Shown piece after piece: positions 25,845 through 39,369 of a stretch of DNA of 64,000 nucleotides. The notes under the pieces are model-generated. The model saw nothing but the letters and a program-made list of their open reading frames with translations. It did no database searches and was not told the DNA's origin. The translations under genes and the position numbers were made by a program. This stretch comes from Owenia fusiformis (Eukaryota). Numbering within the stretch: the stretch's first letter is position 1; each line of letters starts with the position of its first letter. The stretch lies in assembly GCA_903813345.2 (NCBI GenBank), contig CAIIXF020000001.1, forward strand, positions 20,274,001 to 20,338,000. The letters run 5' to 3'.

Positions 25845-26670
25845 CATTTTGAAAAATGGCCGCCATTTTAACATATTCTACTATAACTCAAAAAGTAGTG
25901 GAGCGATTTTGTTCATATTTGGTTTGTGAATACTATAAGCATGGCACACTGTCTAATGACACTTTTGGTAGAAGGCGGCCATTTTGAAAAATGGCCGCCA
26001 TTTTAACGTATTTTACTATAACTCGAAAAGTAGTGGAGTGATTTTGTTCATATTTGTTATGTGAATGACATAAGCATGGCACACTGTCTAATGACACTTT
26101 TGGTAGAAGGTGGCCATTTTGAAAAATGGCCGCCATTTTAACATATTTTACTATAACTCGAAAAGTGGTGGAGCGATTTTGTTCATATTTGGTATGTGAA
26201 TACTTTAAGCATGGTACACTGTCTAATGACACTTTTGGTAGAAGGTGGCCATTTTGAAAAATGGCCGCCATTTAAATGTATTTTACTAGGCCTTTACTCG
26301 TTATTTTACGATTTTTGCTGTAACTCGAAAAGTAGTGGAGCGATTTTGTTCATATTTGCTATGTGAATACTACAAGCATGGCACACTGTCTAATGACACT
26401 TTTGGTAGAAGGCGGCCATTTTGAAAAATTTCCACCATTTAAAGTATTTTACTATAGCTCGAAAAGTAGTGGAGCGATTTTGTTCATATTTTTATGGAAG
26501 CATATTACTTCTTCTGATGACAACTTGGCTAGTGAGCAACCATTTTGAAAATGATGGCCTTTCTTATGTGTGTTATTTTATGATATTTGCTATATATTTC
26601 GTTTATAAAAATGCCAGCCATTTCTGTTCGATGGGATTCGCTACGCTTTGGCGTTGCCGTTGTTCTGGCT
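25845..26670 (+). repeat. 135-bp tandem array, core and 3' end of a HINE-type element
   Basis: GAAAAATGGC recurs at 25851, 25986, 26121 and 26256. 3' end GATGGGATTCGCTACGCTTTGGCGTTGCCG. Same family as 40695-41841. Confidence 0.8.
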
Positions 26671-28071
26671 CAAAATGTTTCTTTTATTTAACATTTGCCC
26701 TTGAGGACCTAGCCGGAGACTTTTTTTGTTTGAAATAAAACAAAACGGAGGCGCACAGATTTGAAAGAAAATGTTTTCATCAGTATTAAGACAGTTGGTT
26801 TACTTCACCGTAGATAAGCAGGTTTTAAGTTTTTAAGGCAAAGGATCCGTTGCCCCATGTACCTAAAGATGCCCCCAAATGGTTTCATTGAAAATAACAA
26901 AATGTAACATTTCCTAAAGAATTCTTGTTTACAGCAGATAGTTTTGCTACTTGCTGTAACCATAGCAACAGCGTGAATTGGACACTTCCATTACATTTAA
27001 TCAATTTATGACCATACATGTATGAATGTAATAAACTAATAAACTCAACTAAAAGAAATAAACTAATTAACTAGTTAAAAGCATTACTGACCATTTTAAA
27101 ATAATAATTTCACAATCACAGATTTGAATAAAATACACAAAAACAAACAGTTATGACGTCATAATAAAGATCAGAATGATTATTTCATCTATCATCGAAA
27201 TCTGAGCGATAATGACGAAGATAGGGGCCAAACACTGAAAAGAGCCCCTAAGAGTGGGTGTGGCATAATAACTTTGTTACCGTTACAACGCTACCGCGTA
27301 TTCAGAATTGCCAACTTAATATCTCCTGATTGCATTATCCATAACCTTCCATTTGGTGTGAATTTCATCGAAATCTGAGCAATAGGAGATAGGGGTCTAA
27401 CACTGAAAGGAGCCCCTAAAAGTGGGCGTGGCATATTTACTTGGTTACCATAGCAACGTCGTCGCGGATTCAGAATTGCCAAAAAAACATTTTTCTTGAT
27501 CAGCATCACTTCTAGTTTATGAAAACATATGTCACTTAGCTCGCCTCTAAAAAGGACACGGAACCTCTTATCTTTGCTCCCAGACTATATAAAATTATAC
27601 TTGTACATGGTAGCCATCACAGTCTGATTGCTAAGATGAGGAAAACTAATACTCAGACATTATGCCAATGTCTAGACTATGTGACTGTCAACCTCTTTAT
27701 TGTATGCTTAGATTATATTTCATGGGGATACATATACTAAATATAAAACCGATAGCATATAATATTGTACTTGTACATGATAACCAAGTCGTTTTGCTCA
27801 GATGAGGAAAACTAAATGGTTATAATGTTAAGACATTATGCCAAAGTCATTGTAAAACATTGTAATCCGAAGAAAACGATTAACTTTGATTCTATATTTA
27901 CACATCAGATTTCGATATGTAATAGTGGCCTCATTAATCTAGGGATTGAGGAAAATGTGTAAAACAGCAACCATATCAAGTCCCCGATAAATCGGGCTAC
28001 GTATACCGCCGTGTTTACATTAGGGGATTAGAAGAGTTTATTTTTTATTTAGGTATGCAAGCTACGTATAT

Positions 28072-29274
28072 CAAGGGCGTTACAATACCCGGGAATTTAT
28101 CGGTTCGTGCAGTACTTGTTTGTGATAGCGCCATCTGCAGGTCACTGTGGTTATAGCCTACATAATACGGGGTAGGATATCGGGAATTCGGTGCAGTTTC
28201 TATCCGTCGATTACGCTATGAATTGAAGCAAGTGTGACCACTTTATCCACTTAAACAATTTGATAATTGATTAAATCGTTAAACAAAATCGATAAACACG
28301 TCATACACTTCCCATCTCCTTAGAAATTAGCATGTATTTATCGGATTGTGTTTTCGGACGATGCTCGACCCATACCACTAGGGAAATCCTTATGCTAATT
28401 AGTATGACGTCATATTTTCCTGGGGAATCCTAGATTTCAAAGCCTCGGTCTTTTATTGTGTCAAATGTAAACATTCTTTTGCAGACAGAAAATTGGCAGA
28501 TTAGCTTTTAACTTTCAGCTTTCATGTTTAAATATTCTTTATTTCTACCGGACTTCTTGCTGAATATCATATAATGTTATAACTTGATTTGGATTTTGGA
28601 CGATTGTCTGATTGATCCTTTCTGAAATTTTGATTGTGATTCACGATTGATTGGCAAGAAAAATAATTCCTATTGTTTTCCAGCGAAGTCACTAAATGTT
28701 ACAGCATAAATTATAATAAGTGGGAAGTAGAATAAAGGATGGGCGGGGCCAGGGGATTGGTGGCCCTACCAGCCCCACCAATTCACACGCATACACATAA
28801 GAGACAAACACACCCAGGCCGTGATGGAAATATAAAACTATTTAGGGCACAAAATGGTATTTAATAGACCGATATGTAGTGAATCCGCCATGTATTGAAG
28901 GTAAAACAATCTGCATTATTGTTACTTCTATCAATGGATTGTGCAATGGAAAAGCAATGGCACAATCAAAAATGTGCATATCAATCGTGAATATCTCTCG
29001 GTTCAAAGCTTAATTCCAACAGAATCGTGTCAAAATATGTGTCTGAATAACAGTTATACATTATAAGATCGCAAACTCTTACAAATTATCAGCCGAATGG
29101 CTAATTTTCAACGAAATGTCCTTAAGACAACAGCCCTGGGTCGCGCCTATGACGAAAATAAGCTTGAATATCCCTCCCCTAATAATATTGATAATCACAT
29201 TTATGCATGCGCGCGCAGCTCATCCACTGAACGAAACGCCACGCTGAAATCACCGGGTATTGATCTTTCCCTTG
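28072..29274. mobile_element. Non-autonomous P-superfamily-like element, copy 2
   Basis: CAAGGG...CCCTTG termini with perfect 7-bp TSD CGTATAT. Confidence 0.8.
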
Positions 29275-30626
29275 CGTATATCAATATTAGGCCTTCATTC
29301 ATGTACTCGTGTGCATGTAATCAGCATGCCCTTCAATATTATGTAAACCAGGCTATTCAAGTACTGTATAATGTACACTATTTATGTGTGTACTACATCA
29401 CATACAATACAATTCCCTGGGAAACAAAACACAAATACTTTTTATATGTTCAAAATGAGCCATTTGATTGATGCAAACACTAAATAGCTTCATAAATAAC
29501 ATCTACAAAGTATATCTAATAGTAATTTTCAATTCCAATGGTGAAACTTCCCTGGTTACGATTATATGGGAAATCATCACGAGACGAAGATCGTTCGCCT
29601 TCCTGGCTTACCTCTGAATCGTGTACCCGGTAATCTCTTTATATAGTTTAGCGAGAGCGGTGCGCCTGCGCAGTTTTAAACTTTGGCGCACACTTTAAAT
29701 TCGATTTTGAATACCATGTCTATCGAAAGAAATGTTTTTTTTACACATCTAGTTCCCTTAAAATGGTTAAAACGAAAGGTAAGCAAACACTGTAAGTTCC
29801 CAACCTGCCAAATTGGGAATCTATCGTTACCCAAAAGACTTAAAAGTTGGGAGAGAAGATAAATTGATTCACCTATATTATTCTATAATACGTATGAACT
29901 TATTTCTATCGTTACTCCAAACTCTGTAAACATGTGAAATTTATAACTCTATGTAGTTAGATATTGACTAAAATAAATCTTTAAAAGAACATATAGTAAC
30001 CATACTTTTGTGAGATAGACTGTAAGAAGTAATATACCTAATGATTATTAGAATATTGGCATATGTCGAATAATCTAAAATAATTCATATCGTTACTTTA
30101 ATAAGTATAAAATATAACTAGCATATGATGGTGCTAATCATCCTGATACAAAATGGGTGCTAATTGCTACTTGTTGATTATTATCAGTCCCGTCGCAAGG
30201 GGTGGGGAGGGGTCTGGCCAAAAAATCTTTCAAAACCACCAATCTGGGCACTTGTCGAGCGATTTTGGGCCAAAGACGTCAATTGTGAACCTACTGGAAT
30301 TTTTTGAAGTGAATCTCCCCTTAGCAAATGCTGGCTACGGCCCTGATTATTTCGTATACACCAGCCTTTAAAGATGGGCTCAAAGGAATGGGCCCTGCGG
30401 TGCTAAGCTTTTAAAATACGTATTTCGATCCACAAGATCTGAAAAGTTGCAACACTGTCTTGTTAATCTTGATCAATCAAGTTGTGCTGAAGGAATACAA
30501 CGGTATGAACCAATTCTACTGAATAAAATGGCTATTAAATGGGAATACCATGTGTTGATTCAAAATGAGGACTTCAAGAGTTTCTCTAGTCTGGCAGTAA
30601 GAATTGTTGAACGGACAACATATTAA

Positions 30627-30985
30627 AGGCAGAATCAGATCTATAGGGGGTGACAAATTTAAAAGCAACTTTTATAATTGACCTACCAATCTATTCCTTA
30701 CAATATCAAATACAATATCTCCCAAAAGATTCACAATGTGTTATAAATTGGTGAAGTTATTCATGATTCAAAGGAAATTGTTTTAATTTTCCAAAATAAT
30801 AAGAATGGTTACCATTCTTATAGAAAAAGAATACATTATTGTAAAAATCTTTAGTTTTCCTTGAAAAAAGTATGCACTTTTGTGATTTTTAGAAAATAGA
30901 CATGACAAGGAATGACATGAGCCAAAAATATTCTAAAATTGAGACAATTTTTTGTTTAGCCTGCTTGCTATATCTGATTCTCTCT
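30627..30985. mobile_element. TTAA-flanked MITE (Kolobok-like)
   Basis: TTAA|AGGCAGAATCAGAT ... ATCTGATTCTCTCT|TTAA. Second copy at 38712-39033. Confidence 0.7.
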
Positions 30986-31118
30986 TTAATTGGAAAAATA
31001 AAGGCCTTTGGCATTGAACGCCTCAACAAACAATATAATTTCAAAACAAAATAATTTATAGTTTTATATATATTTTACTGATTTAAAGCATTTTAACACA
31101 TTTCTATAAGATAAATCA

Positions 31119-31838
31119 TTACGAAATTGTACAACTTGTGTTAGCTTTTGATTTTCTTAAATTAGCATTCGATTTATAATTTATAAAAGTCAATGGTACT
31201 GATTTTCTTCTCTCTCCACGAGCGTCTGTTCTATGGCTATCTGTACTGTCTGATTGATCATTTTCTCGGAGGTAATGTTTTTTGGTTATATCACTGAATA
31301 AGGCAGTGATATTGACATCGTGTTTAGCAGTCGTTTCAATGTATACGTCACATCCCCATTCAACAGTTGCGATAATGTCAGCAGTTATAGAACAAACCTC
31401 CCTCTCAGATTCAGGGACGTCGGACTTGTTTGCAACAATGACAATATAAGTGGGTTTGTTTCTTCGTTCTTCGAGGATTTCCTGTCTCAGTCTGTTAACT
31501 TCCTCGAACGATTTTCTGTCATCCAGGGAAAAGACAAGAATAAACGCATGGCTGATGGTCATTGAAAGCCTCATCATCGCGGGGAATTGGTAGCTACCTG
31601 TCGTATCGACAATCTCCATCATCTGAACGTCATTTTTGCTGATTTTGTACTGTTTCTGATGAAAGTCCTCAACGGTCGCCTCGTGTTTCTCGATAAAGGT
31701 GTCATTCATGAAGCGGTTTACGATGCACGTTTTGCCAACCGCTGCTGCTCCCATTACCGCAATCCTAAGAGGCTTGGACTTGCCTGTAGAACTGCCATCG
31801 GTCCTCGTCATCTTGGTACTCGAGCTTCTCCCCTTCAT
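31119..31838 (-). CDS. Ras-family small GTPase of DIRAS/RASD(Rhes) type, intronless, CAAX-terminated
   Basis: G1 GAAAVGKT, G2 ATVEDF, G3 DTTGSYQFPAM, G4 NKSD, G5 ETTAK, C-terminal CTIS. Confidence 0.93.
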   Translation of the reverse strand: MKGRSSSTKMTRTDGSSTGKSKPLRIAVMGAAAVGKTCIVNRFMNDTFIEKHEATVEDFHQKQYKISKNDVQMMEIVDTTGSYQFPAMMRLSMTISHAFILVFSLDDRKSFEEVNRLRQEILEERRNKPTYIVIVANKSDVPESEREVCSITADIIATVEWGCDVYIETTAKHDVNITALFSDITKKHYLRENDQSDSTDSHRTDARGERRKSVPLTFINYKSNANLRKSKANTSCTIS

Positions 31839-31904
31839 GGTCGATCTTAGCCAGATATGGATAGATTGGTAGAAAGTTCTTGTTTAGATTCAACGTCCAG
31901 TTGT

Positions 31905-31939
31905 TTTCTGATACGATTGCTTTTCTTGCTCATTTTATA
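31905..31939 (-). promoter_or_regulatory. Candidate TATA box and initiator of the GTPase gene
   Basis: TATAAAA at 31939-31933, with the A of TCAGAA 30 nt downstream (31909), about 70 nt before the ATG. Confidence 0.5.
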
Positions 31940-33005
31940 GTTTTGCGAGACAAGGTGATAATTGTCGAATGCGTATGAGAGTTATGTAATCTGTTTTTTA
32001 CCCAAAACACATACATAGTTTGTAATTTACATTACGACGCACACGATCCAGGGATAAAAAAGGCTCGTTTAATATCCTTACCCAGGTCTATTTATTTAAT
32101 TTTGGAGACCCCGTGCTTGAGTTGTTGATGTTGTTATGTTGATCAACAGACGACCAACTTCCGTGGGAATATCAAAGGAATGGTCAACTTGCTTGACATC
32201 ATGCGTACCCTCGTGTCCCACTGTATCCATGCAATACTTTTTTACGTTTGGGTTTAACCTACGGTAGCTGTCCAGAATTTAGAAGCTAGTGTTTTAAATC
32301 TAATAAAGGAAACGGCATCTAACAACCTCGTATTTTAACTCACATTCTCATCGTTCTTTTTTAGTTGAGACAACAGCAGCACGAAAATGAATGAAAAGTA
32401 ACGAGAAAGAGAAAGGGGAGCGAAACAGAAAAGTGAAAAGGCACTCAAAATGTTTAGAACGCCGTATACGAAAATGGTTTAGTGTCTCCTTCCAAGGTCT
32501 CGTGTTTGCATGTTTGGGATCTTTTTGAAATTATGGCTACACACAGGCTACTTGGTATTTTTTATACTTTTTACGTGAAAGCCTATTTGAGCATGAAAAC
32601 ACTTGCCGGAGTTCAACGACATGTAAAGATAGATTAAGCGATATATTTTTGTTATCAGTCTTTTTTATGATATACAAAATATCTTTACAAAATATCACAA
32701 TGTAATTCCGTACAATCGCCCGTGGGCATAATAGAAGGGTACAGTAAGATAAAAACAAATACAATGTCATGAGTAAAGTCATGGGGTTTACTCTTCTGCA
32801 CTTGTGGTTGGCCATTGCTATGTTATGTTTCTTTATTTCACCCGTTTAGTTTGAGAGCAAAACAATTAGTACATTTATATCACAGTACAGAACATATATT
32901 ACAAACAGACAAAAGGGGTTATCAATATTTACATATTTACAAAATGGATGACTCTTAATTTATAAATGTAAAATGTATTTGCACATTCGATAACGAACAT
33001 AAATG

Positions 33006-34272
33006 CACGCCTAACCATCGACAAGGTACATTGACAAAATATACCGTTGTACGCTTTAGAACTTTAGATGTACGATGTCACTATCTAATCGATTTGAAGC
33101 AAAGACAATGATGTAGGTTTGACGTAGGCTTTAAAAAAATAATCTGAAAAATACATTAAGGATTTCATTTTTTGTGTATTCGTTTAGGAAGACATTTTAC
33201 TTTCCAATAACGTTGAAAGTTTTTCGAACAGTGCTCGATTCTTTTCGTAGTCAATCTTCCCATATAATTGGTCGATTGGAAAATGTTTTGTTTTTGCACA
33301 TTTCCTTTGATCATTTCCTCCCCTGTCGTGTCTAAGAGTGTCGAATAATTTTATGAAAATATGTTTCTTTAAACAACACAAGTAAGGTCTGTTGAAGATT
33401 TAATAAGTATTAACGTTTTGGCTATAATTTAAAAAATCATAAGTGTACGTTGTCAACTCGAATGTACGTTGTCCCATTAAACTTACTCAATTCACAGTTA
33501 ACCCTAATGCAGACAACGTATTTTTCATAACACTAACAGACAGGGGGGTCAGATGCAATTAAAATTGAAACAGAACAATAACAGAATTACTTCAATTTGA
33601 TCGAACTATTGAAACTTTCCAGATATATCATAAACGGGATTTTAAAAAGTCATATTCAATAATAAGCTAGTTTAGATCAGTAGATCTATCTATCAATGTA
33701 ACTAACAAAACGTAAGGTACAGACGCCAAATAATCAAAGAGGCTGGAAGCAAACTCCGTGGCAGTGCTAGTCTTCAACATATTGGGCACAAATTAACCAC
33801 CACCACAACAATACTTTCATCAAATGGATAAAAAGCAAAAAAGGATACTTGAACATGTTCTTTAAAGATCACTTGTTACTCATAAAAACCTTAATGAATT
33901 TTGAAATGAAATCATTACATTGTTTAAAATATTACGTACATTCGAGTTGACAACACAATTTTTTAAATTACAATAAATACTTGAATATTTATTAATCTCC
34001 ACCCGTCCTAAATTGTGTAGTATAGAGAAACATACTCCCATAAAAATAATCGACACTCTTGGGCTACAGGGGAAAAAATGATCAAAGGAAATGTAAAAAA
34101 AAACAACATTTTCCCAACCGATCAATTTTTGTTGGTAGATTAACTTAATTTTTTAAAACCTACATCACACCTGCATCATAGTTTTTGCTTCAAATCTATT
34201 AATAGTGACACCGTACATCTAAAGTGTACAACGGTATATTTTGTCACTGTACCTTGTCGATGGTTAGGCGTG
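33006..34272. mobile_element. CAC-terminal TIR element with 5-bp TSD (Transib-like, non-autonomous)
   Basis: TIR CACGCCTAACCATCGACAAGGTACA.TGACAAAATATACCGTTGTAC at both ends. AAATG duplicated at 33001-33005 and 34273-34277. Confidence 0.85.
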
Positions 34273-34404
34273 AAATGGCGTCATTCAGTAATTGGCTACA
34301 TCAAATCTATTCTGCTTCCCAGAACAGTCTGTAAGAAAATACCATCATCAAGGCTGAAAAGTGCAACACTGTCACGAACTGGTAGAATATCAACCAGTCG
34401 TTCA

Positions 34405-34900
34405 AAAAGGTAGAGATTAAAAGGTGGATTGGATCGAGTTGATTGGATTCATGTAAAAGGTGGATTGGATCGGGAATCTTCAAAATGTGGAATTTCTTAT
34501 AAAAAAAATTCTGTTGATCTCCCTCTAAACAATTTCCCTGTCATTCAAATTGATGTGTGAATGTTCACAAAACATTTCTGGTATGTTCAGTTTGGATTGA
34601 AAACAGATGATATGGTTCTTCAAACCAGTCTGCCTTATGATTTATGAAATGTCTCAAATTACACTTGGAATGAATAAGATCGTGTATCAGAAAGCGGGTA
34701 CCAGGTCATCCTTCTAGCTCACCCGAGCAAAATAATATTACATCTACGTATTATTTGACATTGTGCAAGTGAAGAGAGCACCAATCTTCCTAAAGGGAGA
34801 TCAATAGAATTCTTTAAGGGAAAATCCATATTTTGAAGATAGCCAATCCAATCCACCTTTTACATGAATCCAATCCACCTTTTAATCTTTACCTTCAAAA
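34405..34900. mobile_element. TIR element with GGTGGATTGGAT subterminal repeats
   Basis: AAGGTAGAGATTAAAAGGTGGATTGGAT is inverted to ATCCAATCCACCTTTTAATCTTTACCTT. Confidence 0.6.
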
Positions 34901-37771
34901 ATGTGTCTCTATCAGACATGAATTGATTGCAATGCAAAAAATGAAATATTACAATTACGCGAGGAGTTGCAGCAAGCTGCACCAGGTTGGCTAATTGCCA
35001 AAGATATGATGGATGTCGTTTTCCAACGACGGCCAGGCGAAGCTTGGTTCCAGTTAACAATGAATGTTCCTACAAAATTGCAGATTCACATTGGCTTCCA
35101 TTCTTGAAAGCCACTTATTTTCCTCTCTGTTGAAAATTGGGAAATGCGATGCTTTTTTAAACAAAACTGTTTTCATAATTGGCATGCAAGAAGGTTTCTG
35201 CAACACTTTGTGCAATATCAAAGTCGATGCTCATGATGCTTTAGCAAAACCAATGTGAATGTTCCCAGTGTTTTTAAGTAGGGACGAGAATATAAACAGG
35301 AATATATGTTTTGTAATTTCATGAGTGCATCGACATAATCTTGAGAAAAAGTTTAATTTCAATTTCTCAATGAAGCTCGATACAGATATTGCATCAAGAG
35401 TGGCCAGAACAACGTCTGATGCCGTTCTCGCTTGAAAACCTTGAACTACTTTGAATATATGTTTTGAGCAGTGTTTAGGATATCTTTATCATATGGTGAC
35501 AAGTTATACCATAATTCACAACCATATAATGCAGTGCATAGCCTAATGGACGCGAGTGGATTAGCGCCGAATTTATGTAAACGTACGTATTTAATGTTTT
35601 TGATGGAATACGATTTTGAATAAATTTTCTTTTTTGAGTTATTACCAGCTTTACTATAGCATGACGGTTACGACAAGGCGATTTGCAAAATCTTGCGGTA
35701 ACGATAACAAATAAAAATGGCAGATGGGAAAGACAGCATGTCCTCTTTCTCGCCTGTAGGCAAGATTCACAGATAAGATTTCCTTTTTAACTAGTTCCAT
35801 TCGGTGACGTATATATGGATGGTTATAAACTGGGTCAAATCTGCCAGGTGGTTTACTAGAATATTTAAGCTGTAAACTTACCGACTGAGATGTCCAAGTT
35901 CATATTTTTTAGTCCATTCTCGTGATTTCTCAGTATATGTGCACCAGAGCCACTCAAACTATTAAAAGTAAGTAAACTGTGTATAAACAAGCCATAAAAT
36001 GACAAATCCAGAACAGGAACGTGGTCATATTGTAAATAATAAGGTTTCAAACACAATGTCGTTAGACGAATACGTATATGAATTATATGCAGACGGTAAT
36101 GTATTGTATTAGTCGTACAATAGATATTTAGCGGACGGTTACGTGTATGTATATCTTTCAAGTTAAAGTTGCTAGTTCTGATAGCCTCTTTCCATGTAAT
36201 TGTTATAATGGGTAAGAAATGGCATATTGAATTCACGGTGCCCTACTTAGGCGCGCAGTTTGTTGCGATCACAAACTGCGTACCTAACAACATTGCATCA
36301 TTTAACTTGGAGTCTGTATTTTGAAATGTAATTTAAAGACATTTATCATGCATTGTTTTCTTGTTCAATGCGTTCATTCTGTGGCGAATACTAGTATACG
36401 AATCTTGCAAATACTAGCAAAAACTATGTGCAAATAAATCTAAGTTTTAAAACATAAGCAGATTGATGGTATTTTCGTCACTGATTTAACGGAAATTTAT
36501 ACGTAAATCGATCTAGCACTTTAAACATTAATGACAAATACTTTAGACTCGTTTTATATTTAATTCCTTACGCATTTATCATGTATAATTCAAAATATTT
36601 CGAGATAAAACAGATAATCAGGAGATCAAAAAGAAATAAAGCACAAACTGCGCGCCTATTTTAGCCAGAAATTACAAACTGTGCGCATACACTATTAAAA
36701 CTACATATTATCATTGGAATTTCTACAGAGGCAGGTGTAGGTGTTTTTCATGTAGCTTTGGAAATTTTGCTTTATTGTCAGATTTTATGAGATTTTCATA
36801 TTGAAAGTCAAAATGTATAATAGAAGTGACAATTAAGTTGGGAACGAAAGAAAACTTTTATTTTCAGATCACCATCTTGGTGGATGGACTCTCATAGTGT
36901 TTCAATTATGGGGTTCTACTGTTAGACACATATGTGCCTTACATATGGCGCTTACGTTTTCTAATAGTACAAAACAAGCTTGGATATGCAAGCAGTTTGG
37001 AAATATTAGGCAAAACGCATCGACCACGAGAACATTTTGAGCATGTTCTAAGTTCTAGAGGACCTAGCCGTTCGAGTACGTTCGATGAAGTTTGTAAATA
37101 GACCCCAAACGGTTCTAAGTACGTCCAGTCCGTTCGTACACAGTTGAAGCAGTACGTCCAGTCCGTTCGTACACAGTTGAAGCCCGTTTTCGAGAACGTA
37201 GTGAAAACTAGTTTGGCGTGATAGTAGGGTAAAACCTGACGCTCAGTTATGAATGCGTCAATGTAGATAAAAAAATAAATCGAACTAGTCACTCCCAGAC
37301 TCTTCCTTGTCCCACTCCCTGATAAATACTAAATTCCCGGGAAAATGAACCTTTTCTCCACAATAAATCAAAACATTTCCAATTATCAAGGAATGCAGAA
37401 AATACCATAGGGTCGCGTTCTTTGTAGTGAAGTATGATCTCTTTCAGAGCGAACTGACTAGTACTACCATCTTGATAACCATGATGGTCATGGTCATTGA
37501 ATTACACCATTTTAATATGCCATACTTTATTGACTGTTCGTAAAATTAATTGCCAAATAATTGACGTCATTTGATGATTATGGCATTTCGTATACAGTAA
37601 TTAAAAGACATTAATTAGAATGTTAAAACAGTCACCTTTGAGAACTTCATTTTTTCGTATAACATACATTTTAGCTCATACGTTAATGACAATTATTTAA
37701 ATACAGTTGACTGTTCGTAAAATTAATGGCCAAATTATTGACGTCATTTGGTGATTATGGCATTTCGTATA

Positions 37772-38090
37772 CTGTAAAACGGGTATTGTTAGCGAGGGGT
37801 AATTATTAGCGATTGTTAGCGATCGCTATAGTTTCGCTAAAAATTCAATTCGCTAAAATAAACCGGGGTTAAAATAAACCAGGCGCTAAAATTTGCAAAA
37901 ATATAAAGATAAAAGGTGTTAATTGAACACGGTTCAACAACGAATGATATTGCTTAAATTCTCCCGTACCATTTCGCTAATTTGATTTTTTAAAGATTAA
38001 TCTTCATTTCGCTAAAATTTCCCGCGCTAAAACCCCCTAAAATTAAAAAATCGCTAAAATTTCCCGGTGTCAAAATTACCCGTTTTACAG
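37772..38090. mobile_element. Small TA-flanked MITE
   Basis: TA|CTGTAAAACGGGTA ... TACCCGTTTTACAG|TA, with internal TTAGCG/CGCTAA repeats. Confidence 0.75.
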
Positions 38091-38711
38091 TAATTGTATG
38101 TCATGTCATAATTAAAACCATTAACTTTGCAACTAATATTCCATAATTTTTAGATGATTGTAAGATGTGTATCTTGAAACGATCGTATCACCAAGATGAA
38201 GCATCAAGCTTAGTAGATAGATATCACACCAAACTAGTTTTTACCCGTTCTTGCCAGTCCTACGAAAACGTCGTCAAACGGGCTCAATCTGGCTGAACGT
38301 ATCGACCACGAGAACATTTTGAGCATGTTCTAAGTTCTAGAGGACCAAACGGTTCTTAGTAGGACCAGTCCGTTCGTATACAGTTGAAGCCCGTTTTCAA
38401 GAACGCAGTGAGAACTAGTTTGGTGTGATAGTAGGGTTATTTTGTGTTTAAAATACTAGTACATATCCCGATAGTATCTCCTGACAGGGATCATTATTGC
38501 ACCGATCTCGTCGGCCATTAATTATGTTCAAGTTGAAGGTCTGGGGTTAAGGAGTGGTATAAATTGTATTGTCTTGCATTCTATTGCAGCAAGTATAAGG
38601 ATAAGCAGTACGATCACGAAGTTCATCTTCTATATCGATTCTGTGAAGGGTTGGATATCAGAAGCAGGTAATTGAACTTACCTAGCTCAGGATAGTGATA
38701 CTGTTAATTAA

Positions 38712-39033
38712 AGGCAGAATCAGATCTATAACGGCCAACAACATTACAAGCGGCACAAGCAATATGTACATTTGGCCTTACAATTTATTCCTTATGATCT
38801 CAAATACAATATTTCCCAAAAGATCCCCGATATGGTATAACTTCGTGCAAAAATGGGGGAAAATGGGGAAAAGCGTTTAAATAATAAAAAATGGTAACCA
38901 TAAAAAAAATTAATTATAATATTTTTTTTGTTTTCCTGGAATAAAATACTGAGCCAAAATTTTTCTAAAATTGAAACAATTTTTTATTAAAACTAAAAGC
39001 TAACTTGATGGTTCGCTAGATCTGATTCTCTCT
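38712..39033. mobile_element. TTAA-type MITE, second copy
   Basis: Same ends and body as 30627-30985. Confidence 0.65.
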
Positions 39034-39369
39034 TGAATAAAACAAGGTATTACTATTAATATATAAAAGTGTCATAACTGCCATTTGTTACAGACACCGA
39101 ATACCAGACGCTGGACACCAACCACCGTCACCAAGACGATAACAATATGCTGATATATCACCACTTTTGATGATGACATAGAAAGAAACAAGAACACACA
39201 TATAATAATCAATATAAAATCACATTTTTTTTAAATTAAAATTTGTATCCTAGACCTCTTATACAACTTACTTTGAACATCCTTCTTCTGAATTCAGTTA
39301 CTATACAAAATCTTTAAGACAAGATTTCTCTAACAGTATTGCGTATATTGAAATGTACAAAAATAAGTC

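Noticed and set aside
25933-26271. 112-aa ORF of 45-aa repeats; array superficially CRISPR-like
   Set aside because: It is a 135-bp satellite monomer read in frame. There are no unique spacers or cas genes, and the context is eukaryotic.
31560-31770. Ras G12/A59/Q61-equivalent substitutions suggesting a constitutively active GTPase
   Set aside because: These are normal for the DIRAS/RASD subfamilies.
8093-31850. Plus-strand ORFs overlapping the TLR, galactosyltransferase and GTPase genes
   Set aside because: They are antisense shadows of real coding regions with no independent features.
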